This document shows, in pieces, positions 1 to 8,378 of a DNA stretch of 64,000 nt. Within the stretch, counting starts at the first letter, position 1. Each line of letters begins with the position of its first letter. The notes under the pieces were generated by a model. The model did no database searches and was not told the origin of the DNA. It worked only from the letters and a program-made list of their open reading frames with translations. The stretch is from Planctomycetota bacterium. GTDB lineage: Bacteria; Planctomycetota; MHYJ01; JACPRB01. A program made the position numbers and the translations under genes. The stretch is from contig DASVNH010000241.1 in the NCBI GenBank assembly GCA_036383955.1, positions 24,261 through 88,260 on the forward strand, given 5' to 3'.

Positions 1-812
1 CGGGCGAGGCGGCCGTCACGCGGATCCGGGACGGCCGGCGGATCGCGGTCCCCCAGGGGATGGGGATCACGATCCGGGAGGCCGGCGAGCTCGAGGTCAA
101 GCCGATCGTCCTGGGCAGGCTCGAGGAGTTCCGGATGAAGGGCGGCGCGGACGCCAGCCTCATCGGGCACTGGAAGCTCGACGACGGACGGGGGGCCGTC
201 GCCCCGGATTCCTCCGGCCGCCGTCGCGACGGGACGCTGATCGGGAAAGGGGAGTGGGTCGAGGGGGCCCTGCGGCTCGACGGGGCCGGCCAGGTGGCGC
301 TGCCGAAGGATCCCGAGCTCGACGAGGCGTACAGGGCGAGCTTCTCGATGACGGCCTGGTTCAAGCCCGGGGCGCCGCCGCTGGACGACGGGACGAATTT
401 CAAGGGCTACCACGCCCTGCTGCTGAAAGGCCCGTACGCGGAAGGGCTGCTGTACACCGGCGGCCATTGGTTCGTGATGAAGCATCTGGTCGGGCCGGCG
501 AGGGACGGCGCGTTCACCTACAACGACGAGTATCCTCCCGGGACCTGGCACCACGCGGCGGCGACGATGGACAGCGAGAAACGCGAGACCCGGCTGTATA
601 TCGACGCCCGTCCGCGCCACGCGGCCCCGTGGGGGAAGGACGGCGAGCCCCAGCTGCGGACGTCCCAGCCCTGGCGCATCGGCGCGCACGAGACGCGCCC
701 GGAGACGTTCCGGAGCTACGCCAAGGGGGAGATCGCCGACGTCCGGATCTACAAGCGCGCGCTCGATCCGGAGGAAGTCGAGGTGGTCTACAAGGCGGGC
801 GGCAGAAAATAA
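1..812 (+). CDS. LamG/concanavalin-A-like lectin domain protein, 5'-truncated at window edge
   Basis: The frame is open from nt 3 to TAA 810-812; track ORF 60..812 only marks the first Met, so the 5' end probably lies outside the window. The last ~200 aa carry Laminin_G_3-type hallmarks (GHWKLDDG, ALRLDG, SFSMTAWFKP, GTWHHAAAT, TRLYIDA, GEIADVRIYKRAL). Confidence 0.75.
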   Translation, partial: GEAAVTRIRDGRRIAVPQGMGITIREAGELEVKPIVLGRLEEFRMKGGADASLIGHWKLDDGRGAVAPDSSGRRRDGTLIGKGEWVEGALRLDGAGQVALPKDPELDEAYRASFSMTAWFKPGAPPLDDGTNFKGYHALLLKGPYAEGLLYTGGHWFVMKHLVGPARDGAFTYNDEYPPGTWHHAAATMDSEKRETRLYIDARPRHAAPWGKDGEPQLRTSQPWRIGAHETRPETFRSYAKGEIADVRIYKRALDPEEVEVVYKAGGRK

Positions 813-845
813 AAGCCGGCGCCCTCGACCTCCGAGGACGCCGGC
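806..845 (-). terminator. Rho-independent terminator for the minus-strand gene 856..2046
   Basis: The minus-strand RNA folds GCCGGCGUCCUCG-GAGGU-CGAGGGCGCCGGC (845..815, 12 of 13 bp). It is followed directly by UUUUAUUUU (814..806). It lies 10 nt after the TAA at 858-856 and overlaps the stop of the convergent plus-strand gene. Confidence 0.7.
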
Positions 846-855
846 CCGATCGATC

Positions 856-2046
856 TTACTTGGTCGCGGTGTTCCGCAGCGCGGAGACGCACTGGCCGTT
901 GGACCTCAGGTACTCGCCCTGAAGCCAGCTGTACAGGGGCGGCACCTTGGTCGACTCCCCCGGCTCCGCCAGGCCGAACGCGACGGCCAGCGTGGTCGGT
1001 CCGAGCGGAAGCTCGCCCAGGGGGCTCTTCGTGGCGACGTGGGTCCCGCGCACCAGGACGTCGAAGCGCGTCACGACATCCCCCTTCGCCTCGAGGACGC
1101 CCCTCAGCTGGGCCTCGAAGCGGCGATTGCCCGCTTCCTCGAGGAGCAGGCTCCCTTCCAGAAGGAACGTCTTGCCGTCGGGGATGATCTGGATCCGCAG
1201 GCTCTTGAGGTGTTCCGGCATCCAGCGGGCGTGAACGCCCCGCGTGTTGTCGACGAGGTGGAAGCGGATCAGGCGTTCCACGAAAGAGTTCGGCAGGGAG
1301 CCCTTGGCCAGCTCCCGCGCCTCGACCTGGGTGGCCCAGAGGCGGTCCTTGCCCACGGCGTCGCGGATCATCTGGTAGCGCGACAGATTCGTGGCCTGCC
1401 ACTTGGCTTCGAGGAGCTTCGCGGCCACCTCGATCACCAGGCCTCCCTCCGGCGGCAGGGGGGTCGCGTTGCGGTCCACCTTGGAACGGTCGAGAGGAGC
1501 GACGTCCGCGGGAGGCTTGTACGCCTCGTGGACCTCCTTCAGGTTGCGCGTCATGGTCCCGTTGTCGGGGCGTGGGTACATCCAGCCCTTCAGCAGGGTG
1601 CCGTCGGGCGCGCAGATGTAGTAGCCCTGCTTCGAGTGCTTCGGCTCCGCCCGCTGGTTGACCACTTTCCGGAAGAAGTCGCCGGCCGCGTCGCGCGCTT
1701 TCAGCATCTCCGTGACGCTGGGCGCGTAGGCGACGTAATGGTCGCGCAGGAGCTTCAGGGTCTCGTCGTTCGCGAAGGTGGACTCACGGTCCACCACGCC
1801 GTTGTTTCAGGTGCAGCCGAGGGTCTGGCCGTCCATCGCCCAGATGAAGATCGGCTTCTTCTGCTGGATGGCGGTCTCCCGGGCGTCGTGCAGGTCGGTC
1901 TTCCAGGGAACCGACTCCCACTTCTCCTTCGCGCGCAGCTGGGCGTGGATCGACGTGAACTCCTCGGGCGTGAGAGGCGCGGGATCCTGTCCCCAGGCCA
2001 GGGCTCCGCCGGCGGCGGCCAGGCACAGCATCAGGGCGTGCTTCAT
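856..2046 (-). CDS. Candidate selenoprotein: secreted thioredoxin-fold (DUF255/Thioredoxin_7-like) protein with in-frame UGA (C-T-U motif)
   Basis: The last 80 codons of track ORF 1807..3813 start at ATG 2046 with signal peptide MKHALMLCLAAAGGALAWG. They share a minus-strand frame with ORF 856..1797, separated only by TGA 1809-1807 plus 3 codons. The downstream ORF has only a GTG start and no SD. The thioredoxin-fold signature spans the TGA (..KKPIFIWAMDGQTLGC-T-U-NNGVVDRESTFANDETLKLLRDHYV..). If the TGA is a true stop, this call becomes 1807..2046 plus 856..1797. Confidence 0.6.
1777..1809 (-). promoter_or_regulatory. In-frame UGA plus SECIS-like stem-loop
   Basis: UGA is at 1809-1807. After 11 nt comes GGUGGAC-CGUGA-GUCCACC (1795..1777): 7 perfect bp and a 5-nt G-containing loop 19-23 nt downstream of the UGA. 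The stem extends by GCG/CGC across a small internal loop. Confidence 0.55.
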
Positions 2047-2114
2047 CGCGGTTCTCCTCAGCATCCGCGAGCATTTCACGGAGACCGCCCGGATTGGCCC
2101 GAAAAAAACGGAAT

Positions 2115-3740
2115 CTAAGATTTCGCGGCGGCGGGCTTGCCCGACACGACCTTGCGGTCGGGGCCCAGCGTGAGCACCACGTCCTGCAGGGGCTCCTGGA
2201 TGACCTCCGAGCCTTCTCCGATCTCCACGGTCACGGGCGGATGGAGGTGGCCCGTGACGGCGATCGACGTCGGACGTCCGTCCTCCCGCCCCGCTTCCAG
2301 GCGCTGCCGCCGGCGCCGCAGCCCCCGGATCTCGTCGAGGGCCTGGATCTCCTTGCGGAGGATCGAGATGTAGAGCGCCTGGTGGTCCGGCGCCAGGCTC
2401 ACCGCCGACCGGCCGGCGCCCACGAACTGGCCCTTGAGGTCGTCGATCTTGACCAGCGTCTCCACGTTCTCGCGGATGCGCTTGACCAGCTCGGCGAGGA
2501 GCGGGCCCCGCAGGTCCTGCACGCCGACGCGGACGGTGGTGGGCAGGCCGAACGCGGAGCCGATCGTATGGGCGACCACGCCGCGGAAGGCCGAGACTTC
2601 GCCGCCTTCGATCCGCCCGCGGGAGGCGCGCGCCACGACGCGGCCGCTCGACGCCACCCGGCTCTCCACGATCGCGTCCGCCACGAACACGTCGCCGACG
2701 GCTCGCACGGTCGCGTCGGTCACCGAGCGGGTGAAGACGCGCCCTTCCGCCTCCACGGTCGCCTTGCCTTCGATCGCGCCGCCGACCCAGATGTCCCCCG
2801 AGGCCGAGAGCGACGCGGCCTCCGTGTTGCCGGCGATGAGGATGTCGCGCGCCTGGATCCGGACCGGGCCGGTGACGTGGCCGGTGACGAGGACGTTGCC
2901 GTCGAAGGCGACGTCCTGCCCGACGCTGACCTGGCCGTCGACCACGTGGAAGGGGACCAGGTCGAGCGCCTCGTCGCCGACGACGAGGCTGCCGCGCCCG
3001 AGCGCGTAGACCTCGCGGCCCTCGGCCTGGAGCTGCAGGCCCTCGCCGATGGCGAGGCTGAGCGGCTTGCCGGAGACGGCGGGGAGCTTGTTGCCCCGGA
3101 CGTCGCGCCCCGGCTTGCCCGGGGTGGCGGGGGTGATCCGCGCCACCAGGGTGCCGGCCTTGACGTCCTCCACGAGCGCGGCGAGGTCGCCGAAGAAGGA
3201 GCTGTCGGGATCGATGAGCATGCGCTTGTCGAAGGCCTTGACGCCGAAGGACACCGAGCCGTCCTCGCCGTCCTCGGCGGGCTGGCCGGTCGCGACGAGG
3301 AGCCGGTAGACGGTTTCGCGGCGGACGGAGGCGACTTCGCAGGCGGCCTTGACGACGTCCTCCTGGACGCCGTGGGCGATGCCGAGGGAGCGGACGCGGG
3401 CGAGGACCTGGGCGGGGGAGAGGGGCGCGCCGCCGGCCCGGGCGGGAACCAAGGTGAGCCGCGCCTCCATCGGGGTTTCGGCGATCACGATGACGGCGTC
3501 GTCCTTGCCGCGCTCGCCGGACGGCATGAGATAGAAGCGCTCGAACTCGCTGAGGATCACGCTGAGGCGGCGGAGGCGGGCGACATCCATCTCGGACTGG
3601 ATGGCGGAGCGGAGCAGGTTTTCGACTGAGACGACGGCGGCGCCGTCGCGCTGGGAATCGGGCGAGCTGAGCAGCTCCTCGGCCTTGCGGATCAGCTCGA
3701 GCAGGCGGGGGGGGATCAGATCGCGCTTCGGACTGTCCAT
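2115..3740 (-). CDS. FapA/DUF342 family protein
   Basis: ATG at 3740 is preceded by GGGAG. The long central region of repeated beta-helix-like segments (VxGNVxxxGxV.., IxAxGDIxVxG..) and a C-terminal coiled-coil segment are typical of DUF342. The first 20 codons of track ORF 2115..3800 were discarded. Confidence 0.7.
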   Translation of the reverse strand: MDSPKRDLIPPRLLELIRKAEELLSSPDSQRDGAAVVSVENLLRSAIQSEMDVARLRRLSVILSEFERFYLMPSGERGKDDAVIVIAETPMEARLTLVPARAGGAPLSPAQVLARVRSLGIAHGVQEDVVKAACEVASVRRETVYRLLVATGQPAEDGEDGSVSFGVKAFDKRMLIDPDSSFFGDLAALVEDVKAGTLVARITPATPGKPGRDVRGNKLPAVSGKPLSLAIGEGLQLQAEGREVYALGRGSLVVGDEALDLVPFHVVDGQVSVGQDVAFDGNVLVTGHVTGPVRIQARDILIAGNTEAASLSASGDIWVGGAIEGKATVEAEGRVFTRSVTDATVRAVGDVFVADAIVESRVASSGRVVARASRGRIEGGEVSAFRGVVAHTIGSAFGLPTTVRVGVQDLRGPLLAELVKRIRENVETLVKIDDLKGQFVGAGRSAVSLAPDHQALYISILRKEIQALDEIRGLRRRRQRLEAGREDGRPTSIAVTGHLHPPVTVEIGEGSEVIQEPLQDVVLTLGPDRKVVSGKPAAAKS

Positions 3741-3944
3741 GACCGGGGGCTCCCTCACTTGATCTGCGCTCCCCCCTCCCTCTGGAGTATGTCCCCGCAC
3801 ATTTAATATGCAACTGAAAAAGGGAAAGTGAGTTCAGGGAAAACCTGAATGATTCCCGAGGCCCGTTGAAAGGCGGCTCCCCCGCGCGCGCCGGCGAAAA
3901 AGGAGTAGACTGGCGGCCGAAAAGGCGATGCGGAGACTGGCACG

Positions 3945-4781
3945 ATGAAGCGACTGCCCTGGCTGGCCCTGCTGGCGGGATGCACCGCCGCCCCGCCGCC
4001 GCGGGACGCGACGTCCTTCTGGCTCGAGACCTGCGCGCGGCACGGCTTCACGCAGGCCGAGACGGCGATGGCGACGGGGCTGGAAGCGAAGGATGTCGCG
4101 CGCCGCGGCGTCCCGGCCGCGCCCCCGCCGCCCTTCACGATCCTGCCGTATCCGGGCGTCCGGCATCCGCGCGTCGGCTTCCTCGACGGGGCGATCGACC
4201 CCCACCGCGACACGAAGTTCAGCCTTTTCCTGCCCGGGGGCGGCTACGCGGTGATCGACTTCCCCGAGGCGGTCTGGGCGGACAAGGAGCTGCAGTACCT
4301 CGCGCACACGCACATCCCGACCGCGTGGGACAAGAAAGGCGTGAAGCTCCCGCGGATGGACTGGACGCGGACGGCGGACGGGCTCGAGGCGACGCGGGTG
4401 CTGCCCGACGGCCTCGAGTTCCACGCGCGCGTGGCCCCGTCCGACCGCGGCGCGAAGATGGAGCTGCGCCTGAAAAACGGGAGCGACCGGAAGCGGACGG
4501 CCCTGCGCGCCCAGGTCTGCGTCATGCTGAAGGGAGCGCCGGGCTTCACCGCCCAGACGAAGGACAACAAGCGCCATCTGCCGGACGCCGTCTGCGCGGC
4601 ACGCTCCGACGACGGCCGCCGCTGGCTCGCCGTGGTCTTCGAGGGCGGCAAGACCTGGGACAATCCGCCCTGCCCGTGCATCCACTCCGATCCGACCTTC
4701 CCCGACCTCGCGCCGGGCGAGGAGGCCGTCGCGCGCGGCCGCGTCTGGTACGCCGAAGGCGAGGAGCCGCCGACGCGATGA
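3945..4781 (+). CDS. Hypothetical lipoprotein
   Basis: ATG has GGAG about 10 nt upstream. Lipobox signal MKRLPWLALLAGC. No recognisable catalytic motif. The stop overlaps the next start (ATGA). Confidence 0.7.
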   Translation: MKRLPWLALLAGCTAAPPPRDATSFWLETCARHGFTQAETAMATGLEAKDVARRGVPAAPPPPFTILPYPGVRHPRVGFLDGAIDPHRDTKFSLFLPGGGYAVIDFPEAVWADKELQYLAHTHIPTAWDKKGVKLPRMDWTRTADGLEATRVLPDGLEFHARVAPSDRGAKMELRLKNGSDRKRTALRAQVCVMLKGAPGFTAQTKDNKRHLPDAVCAARSDDGRRWLAVVFEGGKTWDNPPCPCIHSDPTFPDLAPGEEAVARGRVWYAEGEEPPTR

Positions 4782-5515
4782 TCCTGGCGTTGCTGCTCCT
4801 GGCGCAGGAGCCCGCGGTCGACGCCCGCGCGAGGGCCTGGCTCGCGTGGTTCGACGGCGCCACGCTGGCCGATGGCCGGAGCGGGCAGGGGACGCGGACG
4901 GACGCCGGGGAGCTCGGCCTCGACGGGACGGAGCCCGCGGGCGCCGCGGAGCTGACGCTGCGGTGGCCGGACCTGGGGCGCTTCACGCTGGAGTACGCGC
5001 GGCTGGCTTTCGAAGGAAGCGAGACGCTCGCCGGGGAGGTCGTTTTCGACGACGACCTCTTTCCCGCGGGGACGCGGGTCGACGCGAGCCTCGCGCTGGA
5101 TCTCTGGTCCTTCGACTACGGCTTCGTCCTCTGGACCACCGGCGCGTTCCGGCTCGAGGGCGAGGCGGGAATGCGCTACGTGTCGGGACGGATGGAGCTG
5201 GAAGGCGGCGGCGCCGCGTCGAAGGCGAAGCTGAACCGGCCCCTGCTGATGCCGGGCTTGAAGGCGGAAGCGCGGCTGGCGCCCTGGCTGACGGCGGATC
5301 TGGATCTTCACGCGATCGCGTTCTCCGCGGCCAACGTGGCGCTGCGCTGGCTGGAGCTCGACGCGGCGGCGACCGTCCGCCCCGGCGGCGGGTTTCGAGC
5401 GGGACTCGGCTATCGACTGTACCGCGTCGACGTGAAGGCGACCGAAGACTCGACGAACTTCGACGTGGACGGCGTCCTTCATGGGCCCTATCTGGAGCTG
5501 GGCTGGGACTTCTAG
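4778..5515 (+). CDS. Putative outer-membrane beta-barrel protein
   Basis: In-frame Met inside track ORF 3866..5515. It has a short hydrophobic N-terminus (MILALLLLAQEP) and alternating amphipathic strands. The C-terminus LELGWDF ends in Phe, an OMP-like signature. It is ATGA-coupled to the upstream lipoprotein gene. Confidence 0.6.
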   Translation: MILALLLLAQEPAVDARARAWLAWFDGATLADGRSGQGTRTDAGELGLDGTEPAGAAELTLRWPDLGRFTLEYARLAFEGSETLAGEVVFDDDLFPAGTRVDASLALDLWSFDYGFVLWTTGAFRLEGEAGMRYVSGRMELEGGGAASKAKLNRPLLMPGLKAEARLAPWLTADLDLHAIAFSAANVALRWLELDAAATVRPGGGFRAGLGYRLYRVDVKATEDSTNFDVDGVLHGPYLELGWDF

Positions 5516-7413
5516 CGCCCCAGACGGCGCGCGGTCTCGGCCAAGACGTCGAACGGCTTGTCCACCACGCGGTCGGCGTGGCGCTCGCGGAAGGCCTGGG
5601 CGCGCGGAGTGAACGCGCCGCCCGTCATGAACACGACCTTGGCCAGCTGGCCCGGGGCGCGCGCCTCGAGCGCGTCGGCCACGTCCATGCCCGACATGCC
5701 GGGCATCATCAGGTCGCAGTACACGAGGTCGACGCGATCCCCGCCGCTCGCCAGGAGCTCCACGGCCTGGGTCGGGTCCTTCTCGATGGTCGCCTGGTAG
5801 CCCCCGGCGGCCAGCCGCGCGCGGAGGAGCGCCGCGACCGGCGGATCGTCGTCGACGATCAGCACGTGGGCGGAGGCCGGGCCGCTCGACGCCGCCGGCT
5901 TCGGAAGCCGCGGCGGCAGCATGGCCGGGCCGGCGGCCGGCAGGAGGACGCGGAACAGGGCGCCGCCGCCCGGCTGGTCGCCGACGGTCAGCGTCCCGCC
6001 GAAGCCGCGCACGATGTTGCGGGAGACGAAGAGCCCCAGGCCGGTGCCCTGGCCGACCTCCTTCGTCGTGACGAACGGCTCGAAGACGCGCTCCCGGTCC
6101 CGCGGCGGAATGCCCGGGCCGCTGTCGCCGACCTCGATCGCGACCTGGCCGCCCTCGTTCCGCGTGAGCACGGTGATGCGGTTCGACCCCCGCCGCTCCT
6201 CGCTCAGCGCCTGCGTCGCGTTGACCATGAGATTCAGGACCACCTGGGTCAGCCGGGACGCGTTGCCGCGGACCGCGGCGGTCTCGCCGAGATCCAGCCG
6301 CAGCTCGGCGCGCGCCTCGACTTCCTTCCGCACGAGCTTCAGGACGGAGGTCACGACGGCCCGGGCGTCCACCCGGGCGTCCTCGTCGGCCGAGGGCCGG
6401 CTGAACGTGCCCAGCTCCCGGGTGATGGAGGCGATGCGCTGGGTGCCCGCGCGGGCGGGCTCCACGGCCTCGCGGAGCCGGCCCAGGCGCGAGCTGAGGG
6501 CGTCGCGCGCGGCCTCCGGCAGCGACGGCAGGTCCCGCTCGAGGCGGTTGAGCTCGTCGTTCAGGAGGTCGAGATGCCCCAGCATGTAGGTGAGCGGGTT
6601 GTTGATCTCGTGGGCGACGCTGGCCGCCAGGGTGCCGATCGCGATGGCGCGGTCGTTCTGGATGGCGTTGGCCTGCAGCTTGCGCATCTCGCTGACGTCG
6701 TGGGACAGGGCGGAGACGCCGTTGAGGGCGCCGGACGGGTCGCGGATCGGCATCATCCAGGTGTCGAAGACGGTGTCGCCGACCCGCACGGTGTAGGACA
6801 GGGTTTCCCCGGCCAGGCCGCGGCGGATGAAGCGGGGGATCTCGGGGTGGTCCTTATAGAGCGCGAACACGCTCTGGCCCACCAGCTGTCCCGACGCGAC
6901 GCCGAGGCCGGCGAGGCCGGCGCCTTCCGACAGCGTGATGACGCCGTCGCGGTCGGTCGCCCAGATGACGATCGGCGCGTTGTTGACCGCGAGGGCCAGG
7001 CGCGCCTCCATCCGCTGCCGCTCGACCTTCGCCGCGACCTCCGCGGAGATGTCGAGGAACGCGACCTCCACGTGGGCCAGGACGCCCTGGGCGTCGAAGG
7101 CCGGATAGCCGAACGCGCGGAGGTCGATCTTCCGGCCGTCGGGCCGGTGGATGACGATGTCGTCCACCGACACGGGGCGGCCCGTCGCCACGACGCGCGA
7201 GAAGGGCAGGCGCTCGACCGGATAGGGCCGGCCGTCGCGGGTGAAGATGCCGTAGGCCTTCGGCGCGTCGCCGATCGTCACGCCCGGAGTGGCCCCGACG
7301 CCGAGGATCCGCTGGAACTCCGGGTTGGCGTAGACGACCTCGCCGTCCGGGACGCGGGCCACCCAGAGGCCCACGGGCAGGGACTCGAGAATCCAGTTCA
7401 GGTCGACCGGCAC
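5512..7413 (-). CDS. Hybrid sensor histidine kinase (PAS-PAS-HisKA-HATPase-REC)
   Basis: H-box ASVAHEINNPLTY, N/G boxes (NLMVNATQAL, DSGPGIP, GTGLGL), and a C-terminal receiver (HVLIVDDDP...DLVYCDLMMPGMSG...FMTG). Two N-terminal PAS-like segments. Confidence 0.9.
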   Translation of the reverse strand: MPVDLNWILESLPVGLWVARVPDGEVVYANPEFQRILGVGATPGVTIGDAPKAYGIFTRDGRPYPVERLPFSRVVATGRPVSVDDIVIHRPDGRKIDLRAFGYPAFDAQGVLAHVEVAFLDISAEVAAKVERQRMEARLALAVNNAPIVIWATDRDGVITLSEGAGLAGLGVASGQLVGQSVFALYKDHPEIPRFIRRGLAGETLSYTVRVGDTVFDTWMMPIRDPSGALNGVSALSHDVSEMRKLQANAIQNDRAIAIGTLAASVAHEINNPLTYMLGHLDLLNDELNRLERDLPSLPEAARDALSSRLGRLREAVEPARAGTQRIASITRELGTFSRPSADEDARVDARAVVTSVLKLVRKEVEARAELRLDLGETAAVRGNASRLTQVVLNLMVNATQALSEERRGSNRITVLTRNEGGQVAIEVGDSGPGIPPRDRERVFEPFVTTKEVGQGTGLGLFVSRNIVRGFGGTLTVGDQPGGGALFRVLLPAAGPAMLPPRLPKPAASSGPASAHVLIVDDDPPVAALLRARLAAGGYQATIEKDPTQAVELLASGGDRVDLVYCDLMMPGMSGMDVADALEARAPGQLAKVVFMTGGAFTPRAQAFRERHADRVVDKPFDVLAETARRLGR

Positions 7414-7430
7414 CGCTTCAAGATAATCGC

Positions 7431-7955
7431 TCAGGCGGCCGTCGGCAATGCCCGGCGCTGAAAGACGTGGAAGGCGTAGCCGATGCCCGCGCCGAAGCCG
7501 AGGCCGTAGCCGACGCCCCAGGCGAGCATCCCGAGGCGGTCGTGCTGGAAGACGCCGTAGCAGACGACGCCGCCGAGCCAGTAGCCGGCGGCGTGCAGCG
7601 CCGTCGCGACGGGCCAGACGTGGAGCCAGGCCCGACGTCCTCCGAGCGCCGCCGCCAGGATCGCGGTGAACGCCGCGACGGCCGCGACGGTCGCCAGATA
7701 ATCCCGCCCCTTGAAGCGGAAGTAGATCGCCGACCAGACGAACGCGTAGGCGACGAACGCCGGGATGAAGGCCTTCGCGAAGCGGACGGGCGACGGCGCC
7801 AGCCGGTGGAGCGCGAACCCGGTCAGGACGACGAAGACCGCGGCGACGCCGGCGTACATGGCCGCGCCTGTGAGCGGTCCGAACGCCCAGACCGAGAAGG
7901 CGGCCACGCTGACGGCCGCGAAACCCAGGGCGCCTCGAAGGACGTCGCGAATCAC
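7431..7955 (-). CDS. Hypothetical integral membrane protein
   Basis: GTG start. About 5-6 hydrophobic helices throughout the 174 aa. Lies 18 nt upstream of the kinase gene on the same strand. Confidence 0.6.
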   Translation of the reverse strand: MIRDVLRGALGFAAVSVAAFSVWAFGPLTGAAMYAGVAAVFVVLTGFALHRLAPSPVRFAKAFIPAFVAYAFVWSAIYFRFKGRDYLATVAAVAAFTAILAAALGGRRAWLHVWPVATALHAAGYWLGGVVCYGVFQHDRLGMLAWGVGYGLGFGAGIGYAFHVFQRRALPTAA

Positions 7956-7969
7956 GGTATCATGCCCTC

Positions 7970-8365
7970 GTGCTCAAGGACGGCGTGGTGGCGGTGCTCG
8001 CCGACGAGGCGGGCCGCTATCTGTTCATCCGGCGCGGCGCGAACGTGAAGCGCTCGCCCGGCTGGTGGTGCTTCGTGGGCGGGGAAGTCGATCCCGGCGA
8101 AACCCTCGAAGCGGCGATGGCCCGCGAGGTGCTGGAGGAAGTCGGCCTCCGCGTCCGCGTCCATGACAAGGTTCACGAGTGCGTCTCTCCCGACGGGACG
8201 TACCGGCTCCACTGGTTCCTGACCCGCCTGGAGCCCAACGATCAGAATCCCGTGCCGCATCCGCACGAGGTCGACGAGATCCGCTGGCTGTCGATCCCCG
8301 ACGCCCTCTGCCTCGACCCGATCCTGCCGCGCCTCAAGGAATGGCTGGCGGCACGCCAGGGGTGA
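7970..8365 (+). CDS. NUDIX hydrolase
   Basis: Nudix box GGEVDPGETLEAAMAREVLEEVGL (GX5EX7REUXEEXGU). GTG start. Confidence 0.85.
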   Translation: MLKDGVVAVLADEAGRYLFIRRGANVKRSPGWWCFVGGEVDPGETLEAAMAREVLEEVGLRVRVHDKVHECVSPDGTYRLHWFLTRLEPNDQNPVPHPHEVDEIRWLSIPDALCLDPILPRLKEWLAARQG

Positions 8366-8378
8366 GCCCGTCGAACCC

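Noticed and set aside
254-922. 222-aa ORF overlapping the LamG gene in another frame. Similar cases include 788..1402 (-) and 1039..2118 (+)
   Set aside because: Arg/Gly/Pro-rich shadows with no start context, overlapping better-supported genes.
1807-1809. Alternative explanation for the two in-frame UGAs: a genetic code with UGA reassigned (for example to Trp or Gly)
   Set aside because: UGA terminates several well-defined genes in this window (4779-4781, 20204-20206, 21182-21184, 24799-24801). Only site-specific recoding or real truncation remains possible.
1807-3813. 668-aa minus-strand ORF, extremely rich in Arg/Pro/Gly
   Set aside because: It is an off-frame shadow of the FapA/DUF342 gene (2115..3740) on the same strand, and its composition is the typical high-GC artefact. 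Only its last 80 codons (signal peptide plus thioredoxin-like start, 1807..2046) look real, and I used those for the selenoprotein call.
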